64,000 bases of DNA from Squalus acanthias (lineage: Eukaryota), in contig JASTWF010000035.1 of assembly GCA_030390025.1 (NCBI GenBank), positions 3,038,001 to 3,102,000 on the forward strand, given 5' to 3'. Shown one piece after another: positions 60,501-64,000 of this stretch (position 1 is its first letter; each line of letters begins with the position of its first letter). A program made the translations under genes and the position numbers. The notes below the pieces were generated by a model that did not search any database, had not been told where the DNA came from, and was given only the letters and a program-made list of their open reading frames with translations.

Positions 60501-61700
60501 ACATCTACTGGCTCTCCCCCATCTATTTTACCAGTTACTCCCTCAAAAAATTCCAATAGATTAGTCAAGCACGATTTACCCTTTGTGTTGACGTGGATTG
60601 AGAACTGGTTGGCACACAGGAAACAAAGAGTAGGAGTAAATGGGTACTTTTCAGAATGGCAGGCAGTGACCAGCGGGGTACCGCAGGGTTCGGTGCTGGG
60701 GCCCCAGCTGTTTACATTATATATTAATGATTTGGACGAAGGGATTAATTGTAATATCTCCAAATTTGCGGATGACACTAAATTGGGAGGCAGTGTGAAC
60801 AATGAGGAGGATGCTAGGAGGCTACAGAGTGACTTGGACAGGTTGGGTGAATGGGCAAATGTATGGCAGATGAAGTACAATGTGGATAAATGTGAGGTTA
60901 TCCACTTTGGTGGTAAAAATAGGGAGGCAGACTATTACCTGAATGGTGGCAGATTAGTGAAAGGGGAGGTGCAACGAGACCTGGGCGTCATGGTACATCA
61001 GTCACTGAAGGTGGGAAGGCAAGTGCAGCAGGCAGTCAAGAAAGCAAATGGCATGATGGCCTTCATAGCAAGGGGATTTGAGTACAGGAGTAGGGAGGTG
61101 ATGCTACAGTTGTACAGGGCCTTGGTGAGGCCACACCTGGAGTATTGTGTGCAGTTTTGGTCTCCTAACTTGAGGAAGGACATTCTTGCTATTGAGGGAG
61201 TGCAACGAAGGTTCACTAGATTGATTCTTGGGATGGCCAGACTGACATATCAAGAAAGACTGGATCAACTGAACTTGTATCCTCTGGAGTTCAGAAGAAT
61301 GAGGGGGGATCTTATAGAGACATTTAAAATCCTGACTGGTTTAGACAAATTAGATGCGGGCAGAATGTTTCCAATGTTAGGGAAAACTAAAACCAGGGGT
61401 CACAGTCTAAGGATAAAGGGGAAGCCATTTAAGACTGAGATGAGGAGGAACTTCTTCACCCAGAGAGTGGTGAATCTGTGGAATTCTCTACCACAGAAGG
61501 TTGTTGAGGCCAGTTCGCTAAATATAATCAAAAGGGAGTTAGATATAATACTCACAACTAGGGGGATCAAGGGGTATGGCGAGAAAGCAGGAATGGGGTA
61601 CTGAGGTAGCATGTTCAGCCATGAACGCATTGAATGGCGGTGCAGGCTCGAAGGACCGAATGGTCTACTCCTGCACCTATTTTCTATGTTTCTATGTTTC
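57589..61700 (+). mobile_element. CR1 LINE with otherwise uninterrupted, slightly 5'-truncated ORF2, split by a nested CR1
   Basis: Open frames 57590-59272 and 60585-61604 rejoin as [14 protein letters not shown]. Confidence 0.95.
59273..60584 (-). mobile_element. Young CR1 nested antisense, near-identical to 41541-43865
   Basis: RT frame open to stop at 59393; (agatacat)n tail. Confidence 0.95.
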
Positions 61701-61764
61701 TATTCCCCAGCACCAGATCCAGCAATGCCTCATTCCTAGTTGGGCCAAGAACATATTGGTCAAG

Positions 61765-62211
61765 GAAATTCTCCTGAACACATTAAGCAGAGTCAACATG
61801 GTTTTATGAAAGTGAAATTGTGTTTGACAAATTTGCTAGAGTTCTTTGAGGATGTAACAAACAGGGTGGATAAAGGGGAACCAGTAGATGTAGTGTATTT
61901 TGATTTCCAGAAGGCATTCGATAAGGTGCCACATAAAAGGTTACTGCACAAGATAAGAGCGCACGGGGTTGGGGGTAATATTTTGACATGGATAGGGATT
62001 GGCTGACTAACAGAAAACAGAGAGTCGGGATAAATGAGTCATTTTCCGGTTGGCAACCAGTAACTAGTGGGGTGCCACAGGGATCAGTGCTGGGGCCTCA
62101 ACTATTTACAATTTATATTAATGACTTGGATGAAGGGACCGAGTGTAATGTAGCCAAATTTGCTGATGATACAAAGATAGGTGGGAAAGCAAATTGTGAG
62201 GAGGACACAAA
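61765..62211 (+). mobile_element. CR1 RT fragment interrupted by Harbinger
   Basis: [21 protein letters not shown]. Confidence 0.9.
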
Positions 62212-64000
62212 GGGCTCGATTTTGCCAGGCCTGAGGAGGCGGGTTTGGAGGCATGTGAGGTGTTAAAATCGCAAAAAAATGGCGGGCGGATCCGATCCCG
62301 CCTCCAGCCCACCTCCGAGCAATTTTCCCAAAATCGGGGTTTCAGACCCCGTTTCCATCCCGCCTCCAAGAGGCAGGATAGGCATTTTGAGAGGCCTTTC
62401 TGATTTTAACACATTTCCCCCGTGCTGCACGTCTCCTCTGGGACACGCCAGTTAATCCTGGCGGCCTCACAAGTGGATTGCTTACTAACAGCTGCAGCTC
62501 CACCATTAAAAAGGAGTTTTCACCAATCATCATTTGCAGGTGGCAGAACTTTGTTGTCTCAGATCTGGGAGAACTTTTAGCAAGCCTGCTTATTGTTGTG
62601 GAAGTTTGGAGCCTGAGACCCATCTCCAGTGTGACCTCCTGGGAAACTCCTTTCCCCACCTTGACTAAGCGCTTCCTCAACTGAGGTATATACCAGAAGC
62701 ATGGAAACCATTTATTTCCTTTCCTCCTGGACATCAGATTCGGACGAAGACCAGCCGCGGCAGCAGCAGAACCATGAACAACAGCAGCACCAACAGCAGC
62801 AGCACCAACAACAGGAGCACCAAGCTGCTGCTCACCCACCTGAAGCTGCACAGGCCAGAAGGCGCCAGCGCATGGAAGCACGTCACTGCAGGAGATACCC
62901 CCAAAACAGGGTTTACAGACAGAGGATGAGCTACCTCAACATGACTGAGTGGCAGTGCCAAAGGAGGCTCAGACTTTCGCGAGAGGTAGTGGGTGACATC
63001 TGCGCAATGCTGCAGCAAGACCTGGAGCCCAGAGGACCAGGTGGACACCCCTTACCAGTGGCCGTCAAAGTCACCACCGCACTCAACTTTTTTGCTTCAG
63101 GCTCATTCCAGGCATCAACAGCAGACATCAGCGGCATCTCCCAGTCGGCCGCACATACTTGCATCACGCAGGTAACCGATGCCCTCTTTGCCATCGTGCA
63201 CAATTACATCAACTTCTCCAAGGATCAAGCAAGTGTAACCGCGCGTGCGGTTGGATTTGCTAATCTGGCAGGCTTTCCGAGGGTGCAGGGCGTCGTTGAA
63301 TGCACACATGTGGCCCTTAAGGCACCCCATCACAATCTAGATATTTTTGTCAATCGCAAGGGCTTCCACTCCCTCAACGTGCAGCTGGTGTGTGACCACA
63401 AGAAGGAAATTTTGCATGTTTGCAAGTACCCTGGCAGTTGCCATGACTCCTTCATCCTGTGGCAGTCGAGTGTGCCTCCGCTCTTCAGTCCGCCTGACCA
63501 ACTTTTCGGATGGCTACTTGGAGACGAGGGCTATCCCTTGAAGACGTGGCTAATGACGCTGTTGAGGAGCCTATCCAACTTAGGTAAGCTGAGGAGCGCT
63601 ACAACTCCAGCCACATTTCCACCAGATCCATAATCGAGCAAACCATCGGCTTGCTGAAGATGCAATTCAGATGCCTTGATAGATCAGGTGGAGCCCTGCA
63701 GTACTCAGCAGCCAGGGTCTCCAGAATCATCGTGGTCTGCTGTGCACTTCACAACATGGCACAGCATCGTGGCTTGCAGCTGCCTGAGGTACAAGTGGCT
63801 CATCGCATAGCCTCCTCAGATGAGGATGATGAGGAGGAGGAGGAGAGCGACAACGAACAGCTTGCGGAGGCGCATCAAACAGTGCCAGCAGCATGCGAGC
63901 ACATTGCTGTCCAGGATGCAAGAGACGCACTCATCTTGGGCAGATTTGCTTCGCCTGGCCAATCAAACACTTTTGCATCGCACCTTCTTACCAGAGCATC
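62212..64000 (+). mobile_element. Second PIF/Harbinger transposon, running off the window
   Basis: Left end gggctcgatttt; subterminal gaggcggg motifs shared with the end of 51004-54536. Confidence 0.88.
62701..63950 (+). pseudogene. Harbinger transposase with N-terminal Q-rich tract, frameshift near 63580
   Basis: ORF 62701-63633: [32 protein letters not shown] continues in another frame. Confidence 0.9.

Noticed and set aside
59393..61604. Overlapping antisense RT ORFs (495 and 378 aa)
   Set aside because: Chimeric read-through across a nested CR1 junction
51722..63950. Host HARBI1 gene
   Set aside because: Frameshifts, terminal repeats and nesting in CR1 indicate transposon copies

Overview
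Eukaryotic vertebrate DNA, most likely a cartilaginous fish (shark-type CR1, Deu-domain SINE and Penelope repeats; inferred, not searched). Most of the window is nested retroelements: many CR1 LINE subfamilies, a second tRNA-headed LINE, and L2, RTE and Penelope pieces with hammerhead motifs. It also has Harbinger transposons and MITEs, a hAT-like MITE, many minisatellites and one 527-N gap. The ORF track misses a spliced + strand host gene. Short GT-AG exons at 5713, 9116, 19415, 20360, 25966, 27191 and 30360 join in frame into a drebrin/DBNL-family protein (end of ADF-H domain, charged coiled coil, NPRE motif). A probable 114-nt symmetric exon follows in three tandem copies. The most unusual structure is that two consecutive introns begin with tandem arrays of their own 5' splice site. 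One has 31 donors in a perfect 27-nt in-frame register; the other has about 22 donors whose use would add a stop codon. The two arrays carry mutually complementary cores flanking a skippable 63-nt exon. No database searches were possible, so family names come from motif recognition.
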